DNA of 63,670 nt, the filler included, from Catajapyx aquilonaris (taxonomy: Eukaryota): NCBI GenBank assembly GCA_000934665.2. It is 4 parts of 4 records of this genome, joined end to end, with 100 filler letters (N's around TTAATTAATTAA, not from the genome) between each part and the next. Parts side by side here need not be neighbours in the genome. Positions count along the whole stretch, not along the records: positions 15,944 to 31,795 come from JYFJ02007372.1; positions 31,896 to 47,736 come from JYFJ02007373.1; 2 more parts are not named here. The stretch is one strand, 5' to 3'. Positions 27,131 to 39,469 of this stretch are shown here, in pieces. The translations under genes and the position numbers were made by a program. The notes below the pieces were generated by a model that saw only the letters and a program-made list of their open reading frames with translations, had not been told where the DNA came from and searched no databases. Numbering within the stretch: the first letter of the stretch is position 1; each line of letters begins with the position of its first letter.

Positions 27131-27582
27131 GCCTAGGGGGTAGTTGCTTGGGACCTCCTGTGGGCATTTCAATGTCAAGTGACTACCCCCTCTATTCTAG
27201 CATAAACTTATCTGGGTAGGTGCTGTATGTCCAACATGTTGTGATCCTTGGTAAAATTGCCCTGCAATCACATTGTGCTTGTCCCTTTCCACCTTGAGGT
27301 GATGTAAACGTCAGAGTGGGCCTGGTAGGGACAGCTAGAGTGGGCAGCCGTAATGGCAAGCATCAATGTCTATTTCCATTTAGGAGGGGAGATCCAGTGT
27401 TATGCTGCACCAATTTACCAAGGACCACTGCATGTTAGTGGAACTGTATCCCAGATTCTTTTGAGTGTGACCTCTCTATTAAGTAGACTTTATTTGATCT
27501 TCATATGGGAGATATTAATATTTCCTGACATGTGTTGTAATATGTATGCAAGCACAGAATGAATAAATAGCATGTCCCAAGA

Positions 27583-27640
27583 CCCCCTATAAGGGCTTAG
27601 AGCTCTATTGGGGCTCTCGGGGTTAAATAAATAAATAAAC

Positions 27641-27669
<29 letters not shown>
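27583..27669 (+). mobile_element. 5'-truncated retroposon tail with (TAAA)n
   Basis: Short stem-loop plus (TAAA)n, flanked by atg(t/c)cccaaga at 27572-27582 and 27670-27680. Confidence 0.6.
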
Positions 27670-27671
<2 letters not shown>

Positions 27672-27722
27672 GCCCCAAGAGATTATAAGTTATGCTTAAC
27701 ATGGTATATTTTCACTTTTTAG

Positions 27723-27842
27723 TTATGGGTCCCATATGTTCAAGTGCAAAACTGAAGATGAATCCCAAACCTGAGCTTGACAGTTCTAATTACACCATCC
27801 CTAAGATGTTCCTGGATGTAGAAATGGAGGAACTCGCTTTAG
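27723..27842 (+). CDS. VPS13: VPS13 coding exon 6 (last one found; gene incomplete in window)
   Basis: (V)MGPICSSAKLKMNPKPELDSSNYTIPKMFLDVEMEELAL|gtgagt. Exons 1-6 total 871 nt in one frame. Confidence 0.9.
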
Positions 27843-28054
27843 GTGAGTGTTAGTCATTGCCCCTAATGTAATTTTGTTGTAAAATCATAAAGTATTATAT
27901 AACTTTTTTAGATGTTTAAGGGTAGCAGAAATTTGAGTGGAGGGTTATAACCAGTCTATTCTGAGGTCGCAGCAGAATTATTACGGGTGGAAGTTCTACA
28001 CAAACCAATCATACAAAGTGATCACCCAGGTTATTGCAAGGTTATGATTGGCTG

Positions 28055-29526
28055 ACTCCCTTTGCGGGCCGGTGGGGCTCCGCCCCCCCGGACCCCCCCG
28101 ATGGGGCTGCGGCCCACTTGCACGCCTACGGCACGAATGAGTCGGGTCCCGCGCAGGTCCTCCCCGGTCTCCGTAACTCTCCGAGGTCCGGTGCAGGTGC
28201 ACCCGGCCGCCCCACACTTACCCCACTCTCCGATGCGAACACAGCAAGTCTTTTTACGCAAAAATTGGTCGGAGTGGCATCCGTTTACAGAACCCGTGAC
28301 GTCACGGTCCACAAAGGTGTGGAGTATTAGAATGCGCCCGAGGTGACGTATCATGAGAAAAGGCCAGGTGGGATTAGAGTGGATGCAGCTGTCAGCGGGT
28401 GATGGATAAGGCTATTGTACTCGGGGGGTTTGCGGATATATTAATTTGGCGATTTAGAAAACGGCTGGGAATTTCGCGATTATGAGAATTTTTGGCATTG
28501 GTATACCGGAGGCTAGAAATCCAACGGTGTAACTCCGAGATCTCTGCGACGCCGGGAAGTGCGAAATCTTTTCCATCCTCGTCCTCCTCGGATTGGGGCT
28601 TTATATATATTAGACTCGCTTTGCGAGCCGGTGGGGCTCCGCCCCCCCGGGCCCCCCCCGTGGGGCTGCGCCCCACCTGCGTGCCTTCGGCGCGGTGCCC
28701 GTATTCCGCCGTAACCTATCCGGTTACAGAACCCGTGACGTCACGGTCCACAAAGGTGTGGAGTATTAGAATGCGCCCCAGGTGACGTATCATGGAAAAA
28801 GGCTAGGTGGGATTAAAGTGAATGCACCTGTCAGCGGGTGAGGGATAGGGCTATAGTTCTCGGGCTTTAACGAACTTCTGGGCAAGGTCGGGAATTAAAA
28901 ATTTGGTTTTTGGGCCATAGCTCGAAAACGGCTGAGAAATTTGCAGTTTTGAGGATTTTTCGATTCCCAATTATTTTTTGGAGCTATTTTTTAAGACCAT
29001 TCCCAGCCCTCTACGACGTCGGGAAGTGGGAGATCTTTTCCATCCTATATCCTCCTCCTCGTTTAGGGGCTTTATACAGGGTGTATCGGAACTCTACCAT
29101 AAGCCATGTACCAATGGCATAAGAGGCACCAGAGCATCATTATATGTAGAGGGGTCATCATGTCTAGGCAGCCACATCACGTAGATAATTGATCATTTGC
29201 GAAGTAGCTATTGCGCTTAAGCGTGATTGTAGAATAGCAGTGCATCTGGGGGGAACTGCATTCTAAGATCCCTTAGTGACTACCCCAATAGCAGTGTGGC
29301 AGTAGCCCCCCAGAAAATAGCTGCGACCTTCACCTGTGATGCGATTGGCGGCTGAAGGTTTGCATACCTGCCAGGATATTTTATACCTATTGGTTGAAGT
29401 CAATTATCTCGGTCATGCGGCGGCCCAGGCCTATGATTCCGATACTGTAAATGATCATCTGCTGGCCATTACGCCATTGGCATATGGCTTATGGTAGAGT
29501 TCCGATACACCCTGTATATACTTGAT
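28055..29526 (+). mobile_element. Head-to-tail dimer of a Helitron/Helentron-like non-autonomous element
   Basis: Two related units (28055-28613, 28614-29526) starting actc(c/g)ctttgcg.gccggtggggctccgccccccc and ending ggggctttatatata..(a/t)ga; no TIR or TSD seen; the second unit is split by a MITE. Confidence 0.55.
29077..29514. mobile_element. Tc1/mariner-type MITE
   Basis: TA TSD, TIR CAGGGTGTATCGGAACTCTACCATAAGCCAT. Confidence 0.85.
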
Positions 29527-29582
29527 ATGAAATGCCCATAATTCTGAGAACACACCCTGTAGCAAGTCATCTTCTGTGCAAA

Positions 29583-29840
29583 GGCGACATGGTGGCCGAG
29601 TGGTTAGCGCCGCAGCCTTCCACCTCTAAGGTCCCGAGTTCGATCCCCGGACCGGACAGAGGATACTTATGTGGATAGAGTTTCGATGGGTTCTCTCCGT
29701 GTTCGCGTGGGTTTTCTCGGGGTTCTCCCGTTTCCTCCCACTATCAAAATCCATCAAATTACAGGCAAATGATTAAAGTCGGTCTATTAAAAGATGAACC
29801 CCTAAAAAGCCCAAGGAGGCTTATCACGGGGTATCCATTA
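29583..29840 (+). mobile_element. tRNA-derived SINE, family C, with V-SINE-like central domain
   Basis: A-box ggtggccgagtgg, B-box gagttcgatccc, central gttctctccgtgttcgcgtgggttttctcggggttctcccgtttcctccca, 3' stem-loop. Confidence 0.75.
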
Positions 29841-29902
29841 AGTCATATGTGCAAGCTCTTTTTAGTGTATACAGTAAAACCTTGATGTAATGCTCCCACA
29901 TA

Positions 29903-30430
29903 CGAGGGTTGGATTTTAAATAGTGGCAACACTGCGAAAGTTTCAAAAGAGGCCTTTAACTAACAAATTTGTTATCTACATTCCTTCAATGTAGTCGCCC
30001 CCACCCTCATGACCCTTTTCCGGATATATAGGATGTGTTGGATGCGTCAGCCGAGTGATGTTTGTTGATATCTGCAATCACCTGCCCTAAAGCGTGTACT
30101 ATCTCTTTAATGCTTTGGAAACGTTTCCCTCACACTGGTTCCTTCGTGAACAAATCAAAATCGCAAGGGGGACAGGAGGGAGGGTGCTCCAGTGTTTCCC
30201 ATTGCCAATGAAGCAATAATTCTCTCACTGCAGAGTCTGTGACATGGCAACGCACATTGTCATGCAACACGATAGGGATGGTCATGGGGTTGGTGTTCAG
30301 GAAGTGCGGTCACTTGTGTTGTATCGCTGGTCTCAGAAGGTGTTCCAAGAAGTCGCGGTAGTACTGGGCATTGTCATGGCCCCTCGCCATTTCAATCTTC
30401 AACCAAGAGCGCTGTTCTAACTTTAATGAC
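29903..30430 (-). mobile_element. Degenerate mariner transposon relic
   Basis: Terminus ta-cgagggttgg; the minus strand gives transposase fragments LHDNVRCH, WQWETLEHPP..PCDFDL and GGDYIEG. Confidence 0.75.
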
Positions 30431-31795
30431 ATGGCATAGGGCAGTGCATGAGGATGCGGCCCCTTTGAACTACCCTGTCACCGTCACTAGTAGCACAATC
30501 GGGTCCAAACTTGACACCAACAAGCCCCATGTCTGTCTGGATCTCCCGTCTTGAGCAGAAGTCACAACCTGGTTTCCATGCGCAAGGGGAACAGGGTTTC
30601 CACTATTAACCCTAATAAGAAGGGTGGTTTTTTCACGTTTTTGCAAGAATCTGCAAAGAAATCGCTTGCGTTGCCATTTGAGGGACCACCCGTGACTAAT
30701 CTAATGAGTAACATCGTGCAGTGTCCAGGCTTGATCCTGAGGCCATTTATGGGGCCCTCTTGCCATACCATGCGGAGATTTAAATTCTTAAAAGTCTCAA
30801 CAGATGCCGCAGGGGTGCGTTTCGCGCCTGCGTATTTTTTTCTCCAATTTTTTGTTACTCCTGCGCTGACAGGAAGTATATGTGTATGTCGCCCTGGCGC
30901 TGCTGAACAGTATGAACCAGTTCACCAATTGCCAAACTTGTGCTCTAACCACTGAGCTACCAGTAGGCATGAATAATACGTCACAGGACAGGCACCCCAG
31001 TTACAGAAACAAACATACACCCCCCCACCCGAGTGGAAACCTGCCTCGCTCCACAGCTGTTCAAAAGCCGCGCTGGGCATGCGCCCCTCCATCCTGGCGC
31101 TCTCATGCTACACTGGCAGGGTACTGAACAAAGTACTACTGTACAGTGGTGTGTTCAATACTCTGCCGGTGTAGCATGAGAGCGCCTTTTTCAGTGCAAC
31201 CCGCAAGGCTAAAAACCCGTTCAACCAGCTTCAAACACGTTCAAACCACTGCACTCTTGCCTTGCATTTGCCGTGCCCGCCAGGCTCAATTCAAACAGAA
31301 AGGACGTGACGTCACGCCATACGCCCGTAATAAATAAATTGATTACTGCCGTATTTCTAATTGTTTTATAAAACCGACCGGGGTAGTCCCCACCTACGAT
31401 TTTTCCCCACCCCCTCGCGTGCGCTTGACTCGTGACTCTGATACACCCTGTATAATGAGTGATGTGGCAACAGCGGGGAGGCTCTGCTGAGCTGATATGC
31501 TTGCTGCGTCCTGCCTAAGACCCACGGGGGGGAACTCAAAAGCTGTCTGGCAGTATGGCAGTTACTTAGGGCTGCAAAATGAACGCCCGCCTGGAAAGTT
31601 GCAGCCGCAAAAGTGTTTACGTTACCTTGGTTACCTGCGGTTTGCGGGAGGGAGCGAAAACGAACACCCTTGCAGGTTGCAAGTCGGCCTGCAGATTTCA
31701 GACTTGCAGCCACAAGTTGCAGGCAGGTTGAGGGGTCCCGCAAGTGACTTGCAGTCGGGTTTGTAGTGGGGAAATCTTCACTTGGACACTATACT

Positions 31796-31895
31796 NNNNN
31801 NNNNNNNNNNNNNNNNNNNNNNNNNNNNNNNNNNNNNNNTTAATTAATTAANNNNNNNNNNNNNNNNNNNNNNNNNNNNNNNNNNNNNNNNNNNN
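31796..31895. other. Artificial linker (N44-TTAATTAATTAA-N44)
   Basis: Same 100-nt spacer. Confidence 0.97.
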
Positions 31896-33879
31896 TCAGT
31901 CGTGAACGGTAAGCTCTGTAATCAGTTTTTTGTCTCTCCTGAAAAAGTTGCATTTTGTGACATGTGCTGTTCTTCTTTTGCTCGATTCAATTGTAACTGA
32001 ACTTTTTTGCCGATGCACGGATAATAGGGAGTGCAATGTACATACTCCTTCAGAATGAGGCATAAAATCATGTGATAAAGTGAGCCGGACTCGGACAAAA
32101 TCCAGAAGTCATCATACCGAAAAAACTGGTTTTCACAATAAAAATAAAAATAAAAAAATTCAGAAAGAAAAAATCTAGGTGTCATAAATGGACAAAAACA
32201 GGTGTCACAAAAGCTGGTCAAGATGCTACATGATAGCAAAATTCACTTTGTGCGGTATTCAGTACCTATACATTAAGGAAAGCAAAGCACAGATTCTGGT
32301 AGAGCACAAAATGGACTATCCAGACATGTCTGTAACACTCTTTTTTTCTTTTGGGCGTTATGTGCTGAACGCCTGAACCCAAAATCCGTATTTTTTTTTC
32401 CTTACGATGCACAGTAGGCCAGGGTGCGATGTTACTTGTCCAAAACTCCTTCCTGCCGTTCCTATTGCGATACAAGCACGAAAATTTCACAACATGGCCG
32501 TGTTGACCATGTAATATAAGACACGTATACTGGGTGTAACGAAAGTCATTAACATCCAAGTAGGCAGAAAGGACAGAGGCAAATCTTATGGGAAAAGTGG
32601 CGTCAGTGGGATTTGGCTGAAACTTGGTCAGTTAATAGACCTTGACCTTAGGGTCAATTGTTCTGAAGGCTAAATCAAATCTACCGTGCCGTTTGGACGC
32701 TAAAGACGCTCAAAGTCGTAATTTCAGGTGTCTCCTATCGGGCTCGTTTTCATGTATGTTGTAGAGTTTCATGAGCTGAGTCGAACGAGCCATGTGATGA
32801 TTTTCTGTGACCAACCATTTGGCCTCTAGATGCGCAATCGAGTTTACTTGTTATAACTTTTACTAAGTTGATCACAATATGATGACTTCAAATTAAACAA
32901 ACTGCAGTTTCAAATAAGAATCATATATTAGAATAAATTATTCTAATATGAAAATGTAAGTTTATGCAGTAGTGAACTGACTCGCGGAACCCTGATGATC
33001 CTTCCACGGAACCCACTTTAGGAACCGCTAGCCTATAGTACGTATTGTTGTTGAAACCTAATTAGGCGGGTATCCCCCTCACTGTGCCGCATATCTAAGT
33101 TCTGCAGGAATTTATGCAATGTTTCTGGCTTAGCTGTATGTAACGTCACACTTCCGCCGAATTCACCGTGTGAATACGCCATTTTTCATAACCAGAAGTA
33201 AATACTATATACACCTACTCCTCTCCCACACCATGTGACCAGAGTACTCAGCGGTATTTTCACAGATAACGATATGAGCTGATTTTTAGGGTCCTAAGTC
33301 ATTTCAGATCCGTATTTGTATTGGGACACCCTGTATAACTGCATGCACGCACATTTTGCGAATACTCGTTGTCTGAGTTCAACCAACGTCTTACCTCTCA
33401 CTGCACTCGCACAAAACTACCAAAGTCCAGAGCCCGGGCGTGGCTCCCCAGCCCTCTGACGCATTTCGCACGGTTGTGTTGATGGTGCGATATCTCAAAA
33501 AGGGGCAATTTTGGGCAAAGGAAAACTGTTGCACACACTTCCCCAAGGGTTTCACCCTTGTGACACTGAAATACCTGGGGTGCCTTGGGGACCTTTTTTT
33601 AAAAAGTCTACAATGTGAAAGAGAGGGCCATTAATCTGCACCGCCATATCACCTGATATTTTTCTTAATCAAAATCTCCAACAATGAAGTCATATTCAAT
33701 TTACCATTACTTAAAAGGAACCAATACATCGTATTCAGTCAATATTTGTTTCTGTGATCAATAATTTTCTCCACATTAAAATCTCAAACACGGAGAATTT
33801 CATTAGCAATTTCCGACACTCTCAAAATCTTCCCAGAGTTTTTTATTTTTTCTGGCGCCCATGGATATCAGGCTACTTA

Positions 33880-34006
33880 GGGCCGGTTTCACCGAGCTTG
33901 GTATATGATAAAACCAGGTTTCTTTAGGAAAATCCAATACAAATAGATAGGGATTTTGCAAAAGAACCCTGGTTTTATCATATACTGAGCTCGGTGAAAC
34001 CGGCCC
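33880..34006. mobile_element. PIF/Harbinger-type hairpin MITE
   Basis: TTA TSD, TIR GGGCCGGTTTCACCGAGCT, nearly fully palindromic. Confidence 0.85.
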
Positions 34007-34011
34007 TTACA

Positions 34012-34061
34012 GAACTGAAGGGAACTGAAGGGAACTGAAGGGAACTGAAGGGAACTGAAGG
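34012..34061. repeat. 10-nt tandem repeat (GAACTGAAGG)x5
   Basis: Read directly from the sequence. Confidence 0.9.
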
Positions 34062-35944
34062 TCCTCAGGTTTTGTAGATTTGAAAGGCATATATTTCTAT
34101 CCGATTTTTAAGTCGCATTTTTTGACATTATGGCCAAGTAACCCGTCCGCCTGGCCTACTGTGCGATGGTATGTAAATTGGTAGGTTTACCTCAGCTGAG
34201 ATGTGGGGTAACCACAACATTGCATTGGTTCACTGGGCTGCCTACGTTTGACCCCCATGCAATGGACCACCTGGGATGGCTTAATCTTCACTGGAATGCC
34301 TTTTGCCACACTTGATTGCATGAAATGAGAGTCAGCTGTCTCCAAGATGCAACGAATTTTTGTCATGCGTTTTTTTTTTTTAATTATTTTTAGCTTTCAA
34401 GCTTGCATGGAAATCATAAACTAACCAGAAACAGCTCCTTGCAAAAGTTCACCAAAACCTTTGTGGCATGTTACATGTGCCAATTACCCACATTACATCT
34501 AAATCACACCTACAATGAACACAGACTGAAAAATCTATAAAGGGTCTATGCCAGTAGTAGTTGACAGTTTTGCAGTACAAGATGATTTGGCTATCGAACC
34601 TCTACGTCTCGCACTACCCCAAGCAATATGATTTATCCAGGACTGTGCAGATGACCCCCAAAGGCTTTGAAAATATCAATATTTATGGGATGGGTCAGAT
34701 TTTGAGAGAAAGTACAAAACCATCACCAACTCTTCCAGCAAACCGTTTGAAAGTGCCAAATAGTGCCTTTAGCAAGGTCGTTATGCTACACAAGCGAGCA
34801 TGATATACATGCCAAGCATAATTTAGTGTTAAAAATTATTTCTTTCATCAATTTCATGGTTCTAGACACTTGTGATTCAGTTAATATACATAATTATGTG
34901 ACTTAGATCTGGGAGCACTGAACTCACTAAAGCAATACTGGCAGATTGCACTGGTTATTAAGACTTTCAAAGGATAAGGATGAGGCTATTGGGGGAGGGG
35001 GGGAGGGGGGCGCAAAAAATACAAGATGGAGTGGGGGTGGGAGTGATGATGCTCGTAAGGCTGGTTTGGCGCGTGTAAGCTTATAACAACAGCTATTTTA
35101 ATGTGCATTTTCCTTTCATGATCCCTCCAACTGATTGACTAGGAGCAAAAAGAAATAAAAAATTACCAGAGTTACTAGATTGCGTCTACTACAGTGCAGA
35201 AAACGAAACGACGCCTGACCATTGGTACATGAGAACGACATTTTGTATGCATACAGATGTAGGTAATGATGCTAGTCATGTCATAATCACATGGGAACTT
35301 TCCATTTGTGATGCGTCATGTCTGCACTCAAAACACTTTCAGATTTTGTTACTGATGAAGGATGCTCAACCTGTCCTTATCAATCGTGCAACCAGTCCTT
35401 ATACTTTGCAGAGCAGCATGATTTGTTGAGGGCATTAAAGAATCTTTCCAGGATAGTCTTGCAATGCATTGCTTAACAATCATCTACTCCCATATTCCGG
35501 GATGCACTTCTTTATTTCATTCAAAAGAACATGGTTTGGTTATAGCATTTACTGAATACAACATATATACACATGACATCAAAAACTACACTGAAGCGGG
35601 ACTATGGTTTCAACATCAGTCAAAAAACTTTTATCACCTGCAGGCTTATTTGCTGCACAATACCATTCATTACCGCCTTAAAAAAAAGAGAACATGTTAC
35701 TTGAACCTGTCAGTTCATGCAGCTCATAATATCACGCCTTCAGCCCCAGTGTTTCTTACTTCTGTAGTCTTTTAAGGTCAGTGACTCATCTCTTGAAAAG
35801 GCTGCATGGATCCTTTACAATCACACCTTTTCCTATGCAAGATACGTGACTGATCCTGCACATACCTTAACAGCCATTGCCCACTTACAAAAATTAAGTT
35901 AATGTCAGTGGCACAAAATCATTGCTGTGCCACACTTAAGGTCC

Positions 35945-37077
35945 GAATATAAAAACATGCCTCTGGTTCAAGTTCCTCTCTTGACCATTCTACATGACTT
36001 GCTTCACAAACTGTGGTGCAATCTGTCCCCTCAAAAAAAGAGCAAGAAAAGAAATAGAGACGTGTTCCCTAATTGGGTTTAACTGTGTACATAGTCAGTA
36101 GTGCAAAATAAAATAAGGCGAGAAGGTTGGGTGGGGGTGGTAGAGAGGAACAAAACAAGAGGAACAAATTAAGAGAATGAACAGAAAATGAAACCAACTT
36201 TCATCACTTGATCAAATCCAAGTGATCCCTAATCAAGGTTCACGAGTACCGAGAAAGTTCTGCCTCCATGTAGCATGGCAGGGCATCTTCAAATCAGCAC
36301 CTTGGTCAATGGCAGTGTAACCATGGTTATATCCCACTACAATTCTGAATATTAAAAATTCCTCAGGTTGAATCCCTTCTCTTTACCATTCCATATGATT
36401 GATTTACACACCGGTCCAATCTGCTGCTCAAAAACCATAACAAAACGAAACAGAGCAAGCTTTCCATAATTGGACTTAACCTTGCATGGAAGGAGGAGTC
36501 TGAAATGAAATAAAATAAAATAAAGTGAGGAGAATGGGTGGAGGAATGGTAGAGAGAGGAACAAAACAAGAGGAACAAAAGACATTGAAAACAGCTTTCA
36601 TCGCATGTTTAAACCGAAGTGATGCCAAATTAAGGTTCACGAGTACCAGGTAAGTTTCTGCCTCCATGTAGCATGGAATGGCATCCTATGATCAGCACCT
36701 TGGTCAATGGTGGTGCAGCCATGACTATGATCCACTTCAGCTCTGAATACAAAAACATGTCTCTGGTTCAAGCCCTTCTCTTGATCATTTCATATGACTC
36801 AATTCACAAACTGGTGCAATAGGCACCTCAAAAAAAAAGAAGAAAAAAAAAAAGGCTTGTATTCCATAACTGGGTTAAAACCTCGCAGGGGCAGGAGTTG
36901 GGGGCAGGGGGAACAGAGTGGGGAAGAAAACAGAAGGTCAAAAGAAAATGAAAGCAACTTTCTTGAAATGATTAAAAGAAAGTGATGCTGAATCAAGGTT
37001 CACGAGTACTGGGCAAGATTCTGCCTCCATGTGGCATGGTATGGTATCTTGATAATCAGCACCTTGGTCAATGGCAG
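35945..37077 (-). repeat. Three diverged tandem copies (~360-400 nt) of the LRR gene's final codons plus proximal 3' UTR
   Basis: aaggttcacgagtac...ctgcctccatgt.gcatgg...atcagcaccttggtcaatgg recurs near 36235, 36632 and 36995. Confidence 0.85.
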
Positions 37078-37323
37078 TAAAACTGATAGCTCTCGCTGCA
37101 GCATGTAAAGTGAGACTGTCTCGACCCCGTTCTCTTCATCCTTCCCGTTCCTGCTTTCCTTACACAGCGGGATGTGGTCTTCTTCCTCCTGATATCCTGC
37201 ACCCCTCTTTTTCTTGGAAGGTTGAACCTTCCTCAGGTACTCATTTGTGACACCCCAAACGACGAGTTCCAAACTCTTCAGGTCCTTTATGCCATTTACC
37301 ACTGCTGTGTTCACCTTGTGATC
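37000..37323 (-). CDS. LRR protein (arthropod F-box/LRR type), terminal exon
   Basis: ttcaatag|DHKVNTAVVNGIKDLKSLELVVWGVTNEYLR...TKVLIIKIPYHATWRQNLAQYS*; splices in phase 0 to the exon at 45202-45552. Confidence 0.8.
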   Translation of the reverse strand, partial: DHKVNTAVVNGIKDLKSLELVVWGVTNEYLRKVQPSKKKRGAGYQEEEDHIPLCKESRNGKDEENGVETVSLYMLQRELSVLLPLTKVLIIKIPYHATWRQNLAQYS

Positions 37324-38238
37324 CTATTGAAGAAAAAAATATTTAAAAAGAAACCTTTCTCAATAAGTTGTAATGTAGTGGGAACTTATTGACAGAGAAC
37401 TGAAATGGGGAAGGGAGTACATTTGGTAATCCCTTTCGCTGGTTCAAACTTGCTTTATGTGAAAAAGTACATAATTCAGAGTCCAACAACATGTGTCAAT
37501 CCCTCCTGATACACCTCTAGGCTGCCTCACAAACTATTGAAGTTTTGATTTAGTGAACCACCACAAGAACTTATTACAAGAAAACTGGGTACCTGTACTG
37601 ACTAGGTGCTATGGCGACAACATTATCACTCTCCAATTTGAAAAACATGCGAAATTGTCTGGAATAATATTGTGCTGATGGCACAGTGCCGAGCATAAAG
37701 TGGGAGACAGCAGGCCCTCCCCTCTGGAAGGGGGCTCCGCCAGCCCTCGCAATTACGGTGTCAAATATACGGTAATACATACATGAACACACGCCTAAAG
37801 CAGCTAACTAGGCCCAAAAAGAATCCAATAATTTGAGTCTGATAAAGAAAGGTCAGAGAAGACCCTCAGGGTCTCCAACTTTATGCTCCGGGCTGTACAT
37901 CATTGTCATCTCCTGGTTCACCCAACTGAAGATCTTAAAAAACTTTTATATAAAAGATTTGGCCTGACCTCCTCCGAGTTACGGTCCTCCAAATGAGGTG
38001 ACTACATTCACGGGATGCGTTTGGAACCAAAAAAGTTATTATTGCTGGCAAATATTAAAAATCGGTTCTCCAGATTTTTCGGAAATGTGAAGTAAACATT
38101 GCCGTTGTCATTTTAAGTGCAAATCAAAAGAAATTGTAGGGGTCCATTAATAAGCAATGTCAAACTCAAAGTTTTGGGCGCCATTTTTGATATTAAATAT
38201 TCGAAATTTTCAATTTGGAGTACGATCATCTCATAGAG

Positions 38239-38452
38239 CAGTGGTTTCCAACCGGTGGATCGCGGGCCTTAGTTCAACATTTTTTTTTTTGCCATTTGCA
38301 TGTCAATTGAACCATTTTTGCAGCCATACAGAGCGTATGTGTTCTGGAAAGGGGTCAGTTGTAGGAGGGGCCGGGAAAAGGGGGGGGGGGGGTCACACAC
38401 TTATGGAACCATGTTTAGGGGGTCACAGTTGGTAAAAGGTTGGAAACCACTG
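38239..38452. mobile_element. hAT-type MITE
   Basis: TIR CAGTGGTTTCCAACC, perfect 8-nt TSD tcatagag. Confidence 0.85.
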
Positions 38453-39469
38453 TCATAGAGCGCAAAACTACCCCCTTCGAATGCACATATCAAATGTTAC
38501 ATTTGACCTGACCTTCCAGGCGATATGGCATAACACTGTACTATGAGAAACTCGCAAGGGTCCAGGCTTTACGGGCCACCCTGTACTGAGAGCGCATGTT
38601 TACATAAACAATCACAAGGGAGCAACACGACCTTGGCATATGGGTAAATACTGAAAAAACCTGCAATTTCATGTCCCAGCTCATTTCTGGACTTAATATA
38701 ACATCTGAAAACCAGATAAGATGCAAAGAACTAAGATTGCAACCCGCGGAATATGGGGCACATAACAAATATGTAATGAGAAAATTATTTCATATTTTTC
38801 TTTACGTAACAGAGCGTGACAAGTCACGTCCGTGGCTTGTCCCAACCTTCACTTTCGTAGTTTTGTCAATTTTTATGCAAAGCATAAGATGTTATTTCAC
38901 ATTTTATATTCGAGTAATGGAGAAAGGAATACTGAAGGTAAAGGCATTCTTTGTGCTGAAGTTCCAAATTGCATTCATTTTATTGCAAGAGTAACTTTGT
39001 CCCAAGGTTTCTCGTCACGTCCATGGACAAAAACAAAAACTGTTATAAAATCATCCAGGAAGCAGAAATGTGCAGGATTTTTGCCTTTTTGCTTGCTGAT
39101 GCAGCCATATTGAGACGCTGAATCAAAAACCTGTTCATTTGGTTGCTTGAAGGAGTGTAATTCTGCATCTGCACTGAATGTCAGATTTAGTGAAGTGTCG
39201 AGATCAGTACATCACACCTGTGGCACCTGGTAAATGTAAGTAAGCAGTCCAAATTTCAATTTTTGTTCAGGTACGTGTGTTTTATTAGGTACAAAGAGCT
39301 TACTCATTTGAACTAAATGTTTGTAACTTACACTTACCACTTGTGACGTGGAATAAACAGAGTTTGTCACGTCCGTGGACAATACCCGTCCACAGGTGCC
39401 CCTAGGCGGGGTCAGATGTTCAATGACATGATTTTAATAACCTATTTGAATGTTTTGGACCATCTATAC

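Larger units (their letters stand above)
32410..34163. mobile_element. Transib-type non-autonomous DNA transposon with nested MITEs
   Basis: TIR CACAGTAGGCCAGG...GTTACTTG.CCA at both ends, perfect 5-nt TSD CGATG (32405-32409, 34164-34168). Confidence 0.75.

Noticed and set aside
30866..30960. Candidate VPS13 exon 7
   Set aside because: In the required phase it reads GSICVCRPGAAEQ, unlike the expected VPS13 continuation.
34012..34061. CRISPR-like repeat
   Set aside because: Simple 10-nt tandem repeat with no spacers, in eukaryotic context.
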